Assembly: GCA_043800555.1 (NCBI GenBank)
Contig: JAZDMX010000007.1
Span: 26,683 to 90,682 of the forward strand
DNA from: Candidatus Omnitrophota bacterium
Lineage (GTDB): Bacteria > Omnitrophota > Gorgyraeia > Gygaellales > Profunditerraquicolaceae
Direction: 5' to 3'
DNA: 64,000 nt
The notes beneath the pieces were generated by a model. The model was not told where the DNA came from, searched no databases, and saw only the letters and a list, made by a program, of their open reading frames with translations. Every line of letters begins with the position of its first letter. Position 1 is the stretch's first letter. Below are positions 1-9,122 of this stretch, in pieces. Made by a program: the position numbers and the translations under genes.

Positions 1-360
1 CCCTTCGTGCGGCTTACCCTTAGTAACCCCCTCGATTATTCTCCGGGTAGATAATTCCAACTCTTTTTGCAGCAAATCCCTGACCAGGGCATCATATTCC
101 TGGCCTTTCTTGATAAGCTCAACCGGGCCATTTAGTTGATAACCCATTAAAGTATCATTATCCATAAAGGAAATAGAAATCCTGGGATTGACCGCGAGGT
201 TCCGGGATGTCCTGCCGACGCTATAATCCACCAAATAAACAAAATTGCTATCTACCTTAAGGACAAACTTCGGAGCGGCATTAGGCCTGCCCTCAAGGTC
301 GCAGGTGGCTACGCTGACAAATTCACGGTTTTTTAGAAGCTCGAAGGCTTTCTTGTTCAT
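1..360 (-). CDS. Pyridoxamine 5'-phosphate oxidase-like FMN-binding split-barrel family protein. ATG at 360; runs off the window at position 1, so C-terminally truncated.
   Basis: Own translation of the reverse strand: MNKKAFELLKNREFVSVATCDLEGRPNAAPKFVLKVDSNFVYLVDYSVGRTSRNLAVNPRISISFMDNDTLMGYQLNGPVELIKKGQEYDALVRDL... The pattern is typical of PNPOx-like/general stress protein 26 family members. Not in the ORF track because it is open at the window edge. Confidence 0.4.
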   Translation of the reverse strand, partial: MNKKAFELLKNREFVSVATCDLEGRPNAAPKFVLKVDSNFVYLVDYSVGRTSRNLAVNPRISISFMDNDTLMGYQLNGPVELIKKGQEYDALVRDLLQKELELSTRRIIEGVTKGKPHEG

Positions 361-363
361 AAT

Positions 364-660
364 TTAGGTCAGGCCGGGTAAATTCAGGCCGGATACGCTG
401 CGCATTTTCTCGGCAGCCAAGTCATGCGAACGCTTGATTGCCCTATTATATGCATCTTTGGCTGCTTTCTCAAGAACGGCCTTGTCCGTAACTTTTAAAT
501 CGGCCTGTATGCTTACCTCTTTGACTTCTTGAGCGCCATTCATGGTAATCTTAACCAAACCGCAGGAACTTAGAATATCAAAACTAGAGCCTTCCAACTG
601 CCGCTTGACATCCTGCATCTTTTTTTGCATATCCATTAATTGCTTCATTTTATCAAACAT
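364..660 (-). CDS. ybaB: Nucleoid-associated protein YbaB/EbfC
   Basis: 98 aa. MFDKMKQLMDMQKKMQ...GLVKITMNGAQEVKEVSIQADL...VLEKAAKDAYNRAIKRSHDL matches the conserved YbaB/EbfC core. Confidence 0.85.
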   Translation of the reverse strand: MFDKMKQLMDMQKKMQDVKRQLEGSSFDILSSCGLVKITMNGAQEVKEVSIQADLKVTDKAVLEKAAKDAYNRAIKRSHDLAAEKMRSVSGLNLPGLT

Positions 661-676
661 TTTTCTCTCCTCAAAA

Positions 677-1165
677 CTATTTTGCCGCCAATGCTTTTAC
701 CGCCTCCTTAGGGAAGCGATTTGCCGTAGAAACTATTTCCCCGGATTTATTTACCATAAAGTAAGTCGGCACGCCCATAATATCGTAAGCTTGAGCGACA
801 AAACCCTCTGTATCCAGAAGCACTTCCAGGCTAAGGTTACGGGCCTGAAGATAATTACCTACTTTATACTTGGGTTCCCCTGCGTTGATAGCCAAGACCT
901 CGATAGAATCTTTGGCTAACTCAACGTATTCCCGGTTCAGTAACCTTAGCTCTTCCCTGCAATACGGGCACCAAGTTGTCCAAAAAAACAAGATAACCGC
1001 CTTCTTATCCTTGTAATCGCTTAAAGAGACTGTCCTTCCATTTAGATCCTTCAACTGAAATCCCGGGGCTGCCTTAAGGCCGGCCGCATTATCCTGCGCG
1101 GCGTAAGAAACAAACCCGAAAGAAAGGAAAAATAAGAGCATGGATATCCTCAAACAATTTCTCAA
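677..1165 (-). CDS. TlpA/ResA-like periplasmic thiol:disulfide oxidoreductase (thioredoxin fold)
   Basis: N-terminal signal peptide MRNCLRISMLLFFLSFGFVSYA and a WCPYC active-site motif in FFWTTWCPYCREELRLL. Directly downstream of ccdA. Confidence 0.8.
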   Translation of the reverse strand: MRNCLRISMLLFFLSFGFVSYAAQDNAAGLKAAPGFQLKDLNGRTVSLSDYKDKKAVILFFWTTWCPYCREELRLLNREYVELAKDSIEVLAINAGEPKYKVGNYLQARNLSLEVLLDTEGFVAQAYDIMGVPTYFMVNKSGEIVSTANRFPKEAVKALAAK

Positions 1166-1831
1166 TTATAACCCCCTTGTCCCTTGATAAATCAAATACA
1201 ACCCTAAAGCCATGACTATAATAGAAGCGGCCCTCTTAAAATAAATCATCCATTTTCCTGATTTAGGCAGGCTGACCAATACGCCGCTGAATGTCCCAGC
1301 CAGAATCAAGATCAAACCCATGCCATAGGCAAAGGCCATAAGCAGGCTCATCCCGAAAAGAATATTTTTCCTGGTAGACACGTAAGCAAGAATCGTTCCC
1401 AAGGCCGGTGTCAGGCACGGAGAAGCGATTAATCCGGTAGACGCCCCTAATACAAAAGTTGAGAAATAGCCTTTCTTCCCGGTATCGGCTTTAGGGGCCT
1501 GCCAGGATAAATTGAATAAATCCAGGAGCATGCTTATCCCGAATAAAAGAACAACTGCGCCTACGGCTATCAGGGTTAATGGATTGGTGCTTATCGACCC
1601 GAAGATTTTACCGCTTAAGGAAGCAACCAAGCCTAATATAGAATAAGTAACGGCTAAGCCTGTAACAAATACCAGGCTTAAGAAAAAACCCTTTGCCTTG
1701 GAATTGCCGCTTTTAGAACTTATGTAGAAAACGGTGACCGGGATTAAAGGATAAACGCAAGGAGTGAAACTGACAAGCACTCCTCCTGTAAAAGCAAAAA
1801 TATAATCCAGCGGGCTACCGGATAGAGTCAT
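1166..1831 (-). CDS. ccdA: Cytochrome c-type biogenesis / thiol-disulfide transporter CcdA (DsbD beta-domain family)
   Basis: Polytopic membrane protein with the two conserved Cys in TM helices: SFTPCVYPLIPV and LIASPCLTPALG. Confidence 0.8.
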   Translation of the reverse strand: MTLSGSPLDYIFAFTGGVLVSFTPCVYPLIPVTVFYISSKSGNSKAKGFFLSLVFVTGLAVTYSILGLVASLSGKIFGSISTNPLTLIAVGAVVLLFGISMLLDLFNLSWQAPKADTGKKGYFSTFVLGASTGLIASPCLTPALGTILAYVSTRKNILFGMSLLMAFAYGMGLILILAGTFSGVLVSLPKSGKWMIYFKRAASIIVMALGLYLIYQGTRGL

Positions 1832-2126
1832 TTATCCAACTTAAATATGGCTTAAAACCGCTTACTATGGGCATGGCTATTATCTCCGGGACATCATAAC
1901 TATGGCTGGCCTTGACTAGCTTGGCGATCTTATTGAATTTTTCTTTTCTGGACTTTACGATAAGAAGCGTTTCTTCTACCTGATTAAGCTTGCCCTGCCA
2001 TAAAAAAAATGATTTTATGCCGCTGACGATATTAACGCAAGCTGCCAGTTTGTTCTTAATAAGCGATTTAGCGATTTTTTCCGCTTCTTTCCTCTCCTTG
2101 GCTGTAATCAGGATTATGATGTGCAT
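1815..2126 (-). CDS. cutA: Divalent-cation tolerance protein CutA
   Basis: 103 aa. ...EAEKIAKSLIKNKLAACVNIV...SFFLWQGKL...ETLLIVKS...YDVPEIIAMPI is the CutA1 signature. Confidence 0.8.
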   Translation of the reverse strand: MHIIILITAKERKEAEKIAKSLIKNKLAACVNIVSGIKSFFLWQGKLNQVEETLLIVKSRKEKFNKIAKLVKASHSYDVPEIIAMPIVSGFKPYLSWINDSIR

Positions 2127-2590
2127 TTTTTAACTAACTTTGCAAACCGGGAACCCATTCTCAAGCATTCCATACTTGAGCGCTCATCGGGGGAACCTAT
2201 CGCTACCGGGCCATAATGGTCTCCGGAGTAATCGCCTTGAATAATCATACCATGTATAAGCATGGCGTTCAAGATATCCAGGATCGCAGTTTCATTGCCT
2301 CCGGCAATATTGCGGCTGGAAGAAAATGCCGCGCCTATTTTTCCGTCAAGTTTACCGTGCAATTTAACCGAATCATCAAAGAGTTTCTTGATCTCAAAAG
2401 CCATGCTTCCGTAATAAGTAGGCGAACCGATAATCAGGCCGTCGTATTTCAATAGATCATCCACGGCTACCTCTTTGACATCTTTAACCGTTACCTCCAA
2501 CCCCTCGCTTTTTACGCCGTTAGCGATCAATTCCGCCATTTTCCTGGTATTTCCGCCCCGCGAATAGTAAACGATCAAAGTTTTCTGCAT
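2114..2590 (-). CDS. Flavodoxin family protein (FMN-binding, WrbA/flavodoxin-like)
   Basis: MQKTLIVYYSRGGNTRKMAELIA...DGLIIGSPTYYG is a flavodoxin phosphate-binding loop. The start is moved to the ATG at 2590 (MQKT); the ORF-track start at 2614 overlaps the upstream gene. Confidence 0.65.
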   Translation of the reverse strand: MQKTLIVYYSRGGNTRKMAELIANGVKSEGLEVTVKDVKEVAVDDLLKYDGLIIGSPTYYGSMAFEIKKLFDDSVKLHGKLDGKIGAAFSSSRNIAGGNETAILDILNAMLIHGMIIQGDYSGDHYGPVAIGSPDERSSMECLRMGSRFAKLVKKCTS

Positions 2591-2591
2591 A

Positions 2592-2840
2592 TCATTTGCC
2601 TCCCTCATCCTCAACCTTGACTGACCTTATCCTGCCGAATTGCGAACAAACATCAAAAACAATCGTCGGGTCTTCGGTATGTATATTTATCTTGAAGTTC
2701 TTGCCTTTTTGAGAAACATCCGCCATATCGACAACATCCAGTTTCTCTCCGAATTCAGCCAGAGCGGTTTTGAGCGCCTCCAAAGTAGTATTGTAAGTAT
2801 GTAAAATAAAATCTAATTTAAATTTTGGGGTGCGGATCAT
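2592..2840 (-). CDS. Small hypothetical protein (82 aa), possibly ACT/NIL-like fold
   Basis: Soluble, no Cys motif. Alternating hydrophobic pattern FKLDFILHTY...KINIHTEDPTIVFDV suggests a beta-alpha-beta-beta-alpha-beta fold. Not a recognisable family. Confidence 0.3.
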   Translation of the reverse strand: MIRTPKFKLDFILHTYNTTLEALKTALAEFGEKLDVVDMADVSQKGKNFKINIHTEDPTIVFDVCSQFGRIRSVKVEDEGGK

Positions 2841-3580
2841 TTTAACATAATCACCGAAAGCATTCTTCCGGATTTATTGCCTTCTTTACGGAAAGAAAAT
2901 AATTCCTCGTTAGAACAAAAGGTGCAGTAATCAGAATCAAATATATTCTCTTCTTTAACGCCTGAGTCAATCAATTGTTTTTTATTGGCTTTCGCTAAAT
3001 CAAAATACAAGCTGCCTGCCCTTTCAACCAACCCGGCGCTGAAATCGTTTACGAATTCAGGTGACACCTCATAGCAACAATCCTTTATGCGCGAGCCAAA
3101 CCCCACGGTCAATCGATTGGGATTAGCCTTAAATTTATCCAGCATTAATTCAACCGCGCAGGTAATGATATTAGCCCTGGTAGAGCGCCAGCCGGCATGC
3201 ACCAGGCCTATTGCCGGCCTTTGAGGCTCATACAGGAATATGGACAAGCAATCAGCCGTAAATATCGCCAACGGTAAATTCCTGACATCCGTAATAAAGC
3301 CGTCGGTGTCAGGAATTGATGTGTCATAATTTAAAGCGCCCCTGCCTTTATCAGCCTCATTTACATATTGAACGCGGCTACCGTGAACTTGCTTGGCGCA
3401 AACCAAATCCTTGTAATCTATGCCCAGAGAGCTTAAGAAACTTCTACGATTCTCCAGCGAACTACTGGTCTCCCCATAAGATAAGGACATATTTCCGCCG
3501 GCCCTGGCGCTAAAAGCGCTGGCCACGTTTTCTCCAACTGCGTCTTCCAGGGGATTATAACTTTTAAGTAACTTCAACAA
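2837..3580 (-). CDS. pgeF: Peptidoglycan editing factor PgeF / YfiH (DUF152, purine-nucleoside phosphorylase/laccase-domain family)
   Basis: Conserved HGSRV, FTADCLSIFL and LVHAGWRST motifs containing the Cys/His metal ligands. Confidence 0.8.
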   Translation of the reverse strand: MLKLLKSYNPLEDAVGENVASAFSARAGGNMSLSYGETSSSLENRRSFLSSLGIDYKDLVCAKQVHGSRVQYVNEADKGRGALNYDTSIPDTDGFITDVRNLPLAIFTADCLSIFLYEPQRPAIGLVHAGWRSTRANIITCAVELMLDKFKANPNRLTVGFGSRIKDCCYEVSPEFVNDFSAGLVERAGSLYFDLAKANKKQLIDSGVKEENIFDSDYCTFCSNEELFSFRKEGNKSGRMLSVIMLK

Positions 3581-3779
3581 GCTTATTCCTTGACTTATCG
3601 CCCTTAATGATCTTGATCTGGTATTTTTTTATTTTTAAATGCCCGGATAATAAATTAACCAGCTGCTCATTGGCCAAGCCGTCTTGCGCAGGCTTAGTCA
3701 GATACACCTTTAAGCCATTCGGCTCTTCTTTGACGGAATTCCGGCTTGCCTTAGGGACAACCTTAACGCTAAGAATCAT
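3564..3779 (-). CDS. yggU: YggU/DUF167 family protein
   Basis: 71 aa. ILSVKVVPKASRNSV...LKVYLTKPAQDGLANEQLVNLLS...IIKGDKSRNKLVEV is typical UPF0235. Confidence 0.7.
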   Translation of the reverse strand: MILSVKVVPKASRNSVKEEPNGLKVYLTKPAQDGLANEQLVNLLSGHLKIKKYQIKIIKGDKSRNKLVEVT

Positions 3780-4711
3780 TTTTTGGCTTCGATTTGCTTG
3801 GTATCCTGGATATTAATAAGCTTGTCGCTAAATTTATCCAGGCGCTTTTGCGAATCCGAATACTTGGTGTTGGCGTTACTTAAGTGGCTTCCGAGTATGT
3901 TGAATTCTTCCTTGAATTTTTCGATCTCGACTTCTAAGGCGCTTAAAGATTTTAATATTTTCTTGGCGTTCTCTTCAACCTTTAAGCCTTTTAATCCCAG
4001 GCAAATTACCTCCAGGTAGGCGTAAAACGTATTCGGAGAAACCGGGATAACTTTTTTGGATAGGCTATAAGAAAATATATCTTCTTTGATAATTACTTCA
4101 TAATAGACATTTTCCGCCGGAATATACATCAACGCGAAGTCGTAGGTATCCTCCTGCGGAAGGATATACTTGGAAGAGACCTCGTCAATCCTGTTCTTTA
4201 CGTCCTGAATGAATTTCTTGCGCAGGGTGTTCCTTAATTGCTCCTCCTGCGCCTCAAGCATCTTTTGGAAATTCTCCAAGCTAAACTTGGCATCCACCGA
4301 AACAATGCGTTCCCCAAGTTTAATTATGGCATCCACTGCCTCTCCGCTCTTAAAACGATACTGGGTCAAGTAGTGGTCTTTAGGTAAAACCTGAGATAAC
4401 AAATTCTCCAGTAACACTTCGCCTATTGCCCCGCGAAATTTTGGCGCGCGCAAAAGCTCTTGCAGGCTTGAAATGTCCTTACTGATATCAACAATCTGCT
4501 TATTGGTCTCCTCTAACCTGCCCAGCTGTTCCTTAACATTGCCAAAGACATTCGTGGTGTTCCCCAGGTTTAAGCCGATGATCTTGCCTGCTTCCTGAAG
4601 CGACTGGTTCATTTGATTGAGCCGCTCATTCACCTGCGAGAAAAGCTTAAAAACCAGCAGCGTAACAACCGCCAGTAAAACCAGAAACGACAATCCAATC
4701 ATCCAGATCAT
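3776..4711 (-). CDS. rmuC: DNA recombination protein RmuC
   Basis: N-terminal TM helix, coiled-coil region, then conserved RmuC core (GAIGEVLLENLL..., DFALMYIPAENVYYE). Confidence 0.8.
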   Translation of the reverse strand: MIWMIGLSFLVLLAVVTLLVFKLFSQVNERLNQMNQSLQEAGKIIGLNLGNTTNVFGNVKEQLGRLEETNKQIVDISKDISSLQELLRAPKFRGAIGEVLLENLLSQVLPKDHYLTQYRFKSGEAVDAIIKLGERIVSVDAKFSLENFQKMLEAQEEQLRNTLRKKFIQDVKNRIDEVSSKYILPQEDTYDFALMYIPAENVYYEVIIKEDIFSYSLSKKVIPVSPNTFYAYLEVICLGLKGLKVEENAKKILKSLSALEVEIEKFKEEFNILGSHLSNANTKYSDSQKRLDKFSDKLINIQDTKQIEAKK

Positions 4712-4741
4712 AAGGTTATTATACCACTCCTCGATATCTTC

Positions 4742-5461
4742 TTACAGCAAATAATCTGCCTTTATTCTCTTTAGGCTTCTAAAAATGTTTTTCTTTATGT
4801 CCGGGCAGGACTTTTTTAAATCCTGGATTATCTTGCCCATTTTTGTGCGGTTGGAAGTAACCGAATTTGGGCAAATGCAGGTGTCATGCGGAATGCCCTC
4901 TTCTTTGGCAAAGCGCTTGATCATATATTCTTCAACGTAGGCAAGCGGGCGGATCAAGGTGATTTTTCCTTTGAACAACGGCTGATTAGGGTTCATTGAC
5001 GATATCTCACCCTGGAAGAAGAGATTCAGCAAAGTCGTTTCAATTATATCATCCAGGTGATGGCCAAGCGCAACCTTAGTGCACTTAAGCCGGTTGGCTG
5101 CCTCAAAAAGGGCCTTTCTTCTGTTCCAGGAGCACCAAAAGCAACTTATATCTTTCTTCTTGGTTTTGCGCAAGGTATCGACTTTCTCAATATGATATTC
5201 AACGCCTTCCTTCTTAAAATATTTCTTAAGTTGGGCAGAGATGGACCTAGGATAGCCCTGGTCAATATGTATTGCCACTAAACTGTATTTTATGGGCACA
5301 AATTGCCTGCGGTCATTAAGTATCCTAAGCAACGTAAGGCTGTCCTTGCCTCCGGAGACAGCCACTGCAATCCTGTCCCCTCTAGAAAGCATATTATAAT
5401 CCATAATCGCCTTGCCTATGCGCTTGGAAATATAATACTCGACTCCCTGTAACACCGCCAT
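4742..5461 (-). CDS. ttcA: tRNA 2-thiocytidine(32) synthetase TtcA-like PP-loop ATPase
   Basis: PP-loop SGGKDS (VAVSGGKDSLTLL) plus Cys pairs CFWCSW and CICPN typical of the TtcA [Fe-S] family. Start set to the ATG at 5461 (MAVLQG...) preceded by GGGAG. The ORF-track start at 5506 is a TTG. Confidence 0.7.
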   Translation of the reverse strand: MAVLQGVEYYISKRIGKAIMDYNMLSRGDRIAVAVSGGKDSLTLLRILNDRRQFVPIKYSLVAIHIDQGYPRSISAQLKKYFKKEGVEYHIEKVDTLRKTKKKDISCFWCSWNRRKALFEAANRLKCTKVALGHHLDDIIETTLLNLFFQGEISSMNPNQPLFKGKITLIRPLAYVEEYMIKRFAKEEGIPHDTCICPNSVTSNRTKMGKIIQDLKKSCPDIKKNIFRSLKRIKADYLL

Positions 5462-5536
5462 AATCGATTCTCCCTGTTTCTCTGCCAAAGCGGAAACTGT
5501 TCCCAATCCAATCGGGGTGCTGGGTTCAAAATACCC

Positions 5537-5582
5537 TCATCAGCGGGCCCTGCCGCTTAAGCGGCAGGGCCCGCTGATGAGA
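5537..5582 (-). terminator. Rho-independent terminator candidate downstream of malQ: perfect 21-bp stem, 4-nt loop
   Basis: CTCATCAGCGGGCCCTGCCGC-TTAA-GCGGCAGGGCCCGCTGATGAG. On the minus strand it is followed by GGUAUUUUG. Confidence 0.55.
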
Positions 5583-5657
5583 GCCAGCCGCAGCGCATAA
5601 GGCCACAGAGATTGCTTAGGCCGCTATGCGCCTCGCAATGACCGCTATATTAAATTA

Positions 5658-7463
5658 TCAAACTCGTCCTGAATCAATTACCAACTTACGAATTTGTTTA
5701 GTGACTGGATGTTTATGTAAATCTTCCAGAGAAAGCGGGAGCTTGAGGGACCAATTGTGTCCGCTGATTGTGCCGGGAGTATTTATCCTGTATTGGTAGG
5801 CATCAGCCTGCCACAAATCATCCAGATATAAAAGATCAACCAGCGTATTGATGCAGAATAGGGAGTTCGCCGCCAGGTTAAATTTTAGTATGGCTTGAAA
5901 TATTTCCTTATCGCATCGCTCGCGCATCGGGCCTTTTAACTCAAGCTGTTTCCAAAGCTTTTCCTTCTCCCTATAAGTATTCACATATAAGCCTATCAGA
6001 ATTCCCAAACGCTCTCTAGGGACAGTCCCCTGCGGGGAGAGCCCCTTAATAAGTCTATCTACCGAATCAATGCCATCTTTCCAGCGCAATCTTCCGTGCT
6101 TAGAGCAAGCCGCGTCAAAAAGCTCAAGCTTCGCCCGCTCAAAATCAATTCCCGCTTCAGCGCATTTGCGCAAAAACAAACCCTCATCCACTGTGCCGGT
6201 TTCATTCTCCCACCATGCCGGCCAATTAGCCGTATCGTGGGTTGAGAGCATCGTAACCGCAAGCTGGCGGTAATCATCGGCTTTGAGAAAATCATGCGTT
6301 ATATCCCAATCCTTGGCCCAGCGCTGCACATCATTACCCAGAATATTCAACTGCCTCAATGTTTCGGGGCAAACTTTGGGGATCACCCCCAGGTCTTCAG
6401 CGCACAAGAACATCTTTGCGCTCTTAAGCATAACTTCCAGTATTTTCCTGCCGTGCTCGCCCCAGCCTGCTTCATTAGCCGGGTCAAAAGACCCGTTTAA
6501 CCCCTGGTTTTCCGGCGCATCATTATAAGGAATGCTCCAGATGCGGAACAACCCCACCACGTGGTCAACCCTCAAAATATCGTAGAAATTATCGGCGTAT
6601 TTCAATTTTTCTTGCAGGTATTTATAACCGTCATCGGCAATCCTCCCCCAATTATACGTAGGCATACCCCAGCGCTGGCCAGAAGCAGCATACATATCCG
6701 GAGGCGCTCCCGCGGCAAACTCAAGTTTAAAGAATTCCGGATGGGCCCAGACATCGCTGGAATCGCGGGAAACTAAAATCGGCAGGTCCCCGTTTATAGA
6801 AACCTTTTTTTCTTTAGCGTAACCCTTGACTGCTTTAAACTGCTCAAAGAGCTGCCACTGGGCCCATTCCTGAAACCTGATTTCCTGCGCCTTGGTTTTG
6901 CGGAAATCCTCTAAAGCGATCTTATCGCGATTCCTGGACTCAAGCGGCCAATCATACCAAGGGCTCTCTCGATATTCTAATTTAAGCGCCTTGAATAAAG
7001 CGTAATCCGGCAGCCAATACGCGTTATCTCTCCTGAAACTGACAAAACTTTCCGGGTCAGCTTCGGCGTCCAATAAAAAGATCTCCCGCAAGATACGTAA
7101 TTTTTCATTCTTAACGCTGTAATCGACATACTTCTTATCAACTTTCAGGCTTTTTCGCAAGGCTTCGATTTGTCTTTTGAGGGATTTGTCTTTGGGCAGG
7201 GCTAAATCAAGTAAAGATACATAAAGCGGTTCCAGCGCAAACGCGCTTAAGGCATCATACGGGCAAAATAAGCCGCCCATATCATTCATCGGTAAAAGCT
7301 GGAGTATCGAGTTACCGGTATCGCGGCACCAATCAATGACTAGTTTTAAATCCGCCAAATCACCTACGCCAAAACTTTTCTTTGAGTAAATCGAGAAGAC
7401 CGGAACGAGTACCCCTGCCCTTTTCCGGGAAAGGAAGGCCTGTGGCTGGTTTGCTTGCGGCAT
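5658..7463 (-). CDS. malQ: 4-alpha-glucanotransferase (amylomaltase, GH77)
   Basis: 601 aa. Conserved GH77 blocks (GVLVPVFS, DLPILVSRDSSDVW, RVDHVVGLFRIWSIP, GMPTYNW). Confidence 0.85.
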   Translation of the reverse strand: MPQANQPQAFLSRKRAGVLVPVFSIYSKKSFGVGDLADLKLVIDWCRDTGNSILQLLPMNDMGGLFCPYDALSAFALEPLYVSLLDLALPKDKSLKRQIEALRKSLKVDKKYVDYSVKNEKLRILREIFLLDAEADPESFVSFRRDNAYWLPDYALFKALKLEYRESPWYDWPLESRNRDKIALEDFRKTKAQEIRFQEWAQWQLFEQFKAVKGYAKEKKVSINGDLPILVSRDSSDVWAHPEFFKLEFAAGAPPDMYAASGQRWGMPTYNWGRIADDGYKYLQEKLKYADNFYDILRVDHVVGLFRIWSIPYNDAPENQGLNGSFDPANEAGWGEHGRKILEVMLKSAKMFLCAEDLGVIPKVCPETLRQLNILGNDVQRWAKDWDITHDFLKADDYRQLAVTMLSTHDTANWPAWWENETGTVDEGLFLRKCAEAGIDFERAKLELFDAACSKHGRLRWKDGIDSVDRLIKGLSPQGTVPRERLGILIGLYVNTYREKEKLWKQLELKGPMRERCDKEIFQAILKFNLAANSLFCINTLVDLLYLDDLWQADAYQYRINTPGTISGHNWSLKLPLSLEDLHKHPVTKQIRKLVIDSGRV

Positions 7464-7473
7464 ATTTAATTGA

Positions 7474-8280
7474 TTAAGGGAACAAAAGGCGCAATATTTT
7501 GTCTGACCAAAATATAGAAATCAGCGCTGCCAAAGATAAAAACGGGCCGTAAGGAATAGTGTGGTCTTTTTTGGTTATAAGCGTAATGATTCCGATCACC
7601 GCGCCAAAGAACGGAGCGATGAAAAAAGTAAGCAGCGCCCGCGGAACACCCAGGAAAGCGCCGATCATCGCCAGAAGCTTTACGTCCCCTCCCCCCATCG
7701 ATTCGGTTTCTCCGTTTATGGGAGGATTTTTGAGTAATTTAAAATAAACCAGGTCAAATAACCAACCGGTCAGATAAATCACCCCTCCTCCGGCTATAAT
7801 GCCGGCTAGCGAACTCAACATCGGCTTGAAGCTAAACGACAGAGGGTTCAAATCAAACCCTCTTATTGAATTTAAAATGAACCCGATAATAAGAGCGCCG
7901 ATAGAAACCTCATCCGGGATGATCCTATGTTTAAAGTCAACGAATGTGGCGATAATAAGCGCTGAAACAAGCACTAAATAAAAGAAGAAATTATAACTTA
8001 ATCCGTAGCGGATAAAGAAAGCTAAAAATAAGAGCGCGGTCAAAAGCTCCACAAGAGGATAACGCAGGGATATTTTTCCTTTGCAGAAACGGCACCTCCC
8101 CTTTAGAAGGATAAAGCTTATAAAAGGTATGTTGTCGTAACCGGGTATCCTTTTCTTGCAATGAGGGCAGTGCGAACGCGGCCAGACTACCGACTCGGAT
8201 TTAGGCATACGGTGGATACAGACATTCAAAAAACTTCCGATAACCGAACCAAAGACAAAAACTATCAAATTAGCGATCAT
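7474..8280 (-). CDS. pilD: Prepilin peptidase (type IV leader peptidase / N-methyltransferase, A24 family)
   Basis: N-terminal Zn-binding CPHC...CRFC tetracysteine motif plus polytopic membrane domain with GGGDVKLLA catalytic Asp region. Confidence 0.8.
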   Translation of the reverse strand: MIANLIVFVFGSVIGSFLNVCIHRMPKSESVVWPRSHCPHCKKRIPGYDNIPFISFILLKGRCRFCKGKISLRYPLVELLTALLFLAFFIRYGLSYNFFFYLVLVSALIIATFVDFKHRIIPDEVSIGALIIGFILNSIRGFDLNPLSFSFKPMLSSLAGIIAGGGVIYLTGWLFDLVYFKLLKNPPINGETESMGGGDVKLLAMIGAFLGVPRALLTFFIAPFFGAVIGIITLITKKDHTIPYGPFLSLAALISIFWSDKILRLLFP

Positions 8281-9122
8281 AGTTTTTTCACTCCTTTTTC
8301 CAAAGCCTTGCGCATAGCCTCAACCGGCGCTTTTCTAGGCGATATCCATAAATTAAGGGCTTCGGCCCCCTGGTAAAGAAGCATCCCTAACCCGTTTGAG
8401 TACGCAAGATTATTCTCTCTGGCTAATTTCAACAATTTTGTCTCTTTGGGGTTATAAATCAAATCGTAAACAAATAATCCGGGGTGTAACTGGGCCTGGT
8501 TTACTAAAAGCGGGTCTGTTTCTTTCATGCCCGCTGACGAGGCGTTGATCAAAATATCTTTTTCTTTCAATATCAATGAGTCTATATTCTGCGCCGCCAC
8601 AAACCGGGTATCCGGAAATATTTGGTTAAACCTCTCCATAAGGTTTAAAGAGCGGAATTTGTCTATATCATAGATCGCTACTTCCCGGGCCTTCTTTTTC
8701 CCAAGCGCAAAGCAAATTGCGCGGGCCGCCCCTCCTGCTCCGATAATAGCGGCTTTATCAGGGGAGATTTTAAGTTCCTTAAGATGCGCGATAAAACCGA
8801 GATAATCAGTATTAAACAACTTAAGCTTGCCGGTTTTATCTATCACGATTGTGTTGGCGGCAAATATATCTTTGGCTGCGTTGGATAAATAACCATCCGC
8901 TAAACGCAGGACATCCTGCTTATAAGGGATGGTTACATTCAAGCCGCAGATATTCTTTTTCTTGAGATTGTTTAAGAAAGGCTTAAGCTCTTTCTCTTTC
9001 AAAGGGAATAATTTATACTTGGCGTTTATTCTTAGGGCACAAAAGGCCGCGTTGTGCATTAACGGCGATAAGCTATGCTCGACAGGATTACCAATTAAAC
9101 CAAAAATACGGCCTTTAATCAT
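8277..9122 (-). CDS. aroE: Shikimate dehydrogenase
   Basis: FGLIGNPVEHSLSPLMHNAAF N-terminal substrate-binding signature; Rossmann GAGGAARA. Confidence 0.8.
   Translation of the reverse strand: MIKGRIFGLIGNPVEHSLSPLMHNAAFCALRINAKYKLFPLKEKELKPFLNNLKKKNICGLNVTIPYKQDVLRLADGYLSNAAKDIFAANTIVIDKTGKLKLFNTDYLGFIAHLKELKISPDKAAIIGAGGAARAICFALGKKKAREVAIYDIDKFRSLNLMERFNQIFPDTRFVAAQNIDSLILKEKDILINASSAGMKETDPLLVNQAQLHPGLFVYDLIYNPKETKLLKLARENNLAYSNGLGMLLYQGAEALNLWISPRKAPVEAMRKALEKGVKKL

Noticed and set aside
542-919. Many plus-strand ORFs of 60-200 aa lying antisense to minus-strand genes (e.g. 542-919, 14637-15242, 19540-20061, 22243-22860, 30733-31482 on minus, 53092-53457)
   Set aside because: Each lies entirely inside a well-supported gene on the opposite strand. 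Their translations are low-complexity (Ser/Leu/Arg-rich), with no recognisable motifs. They are treated as shadow ORFs.
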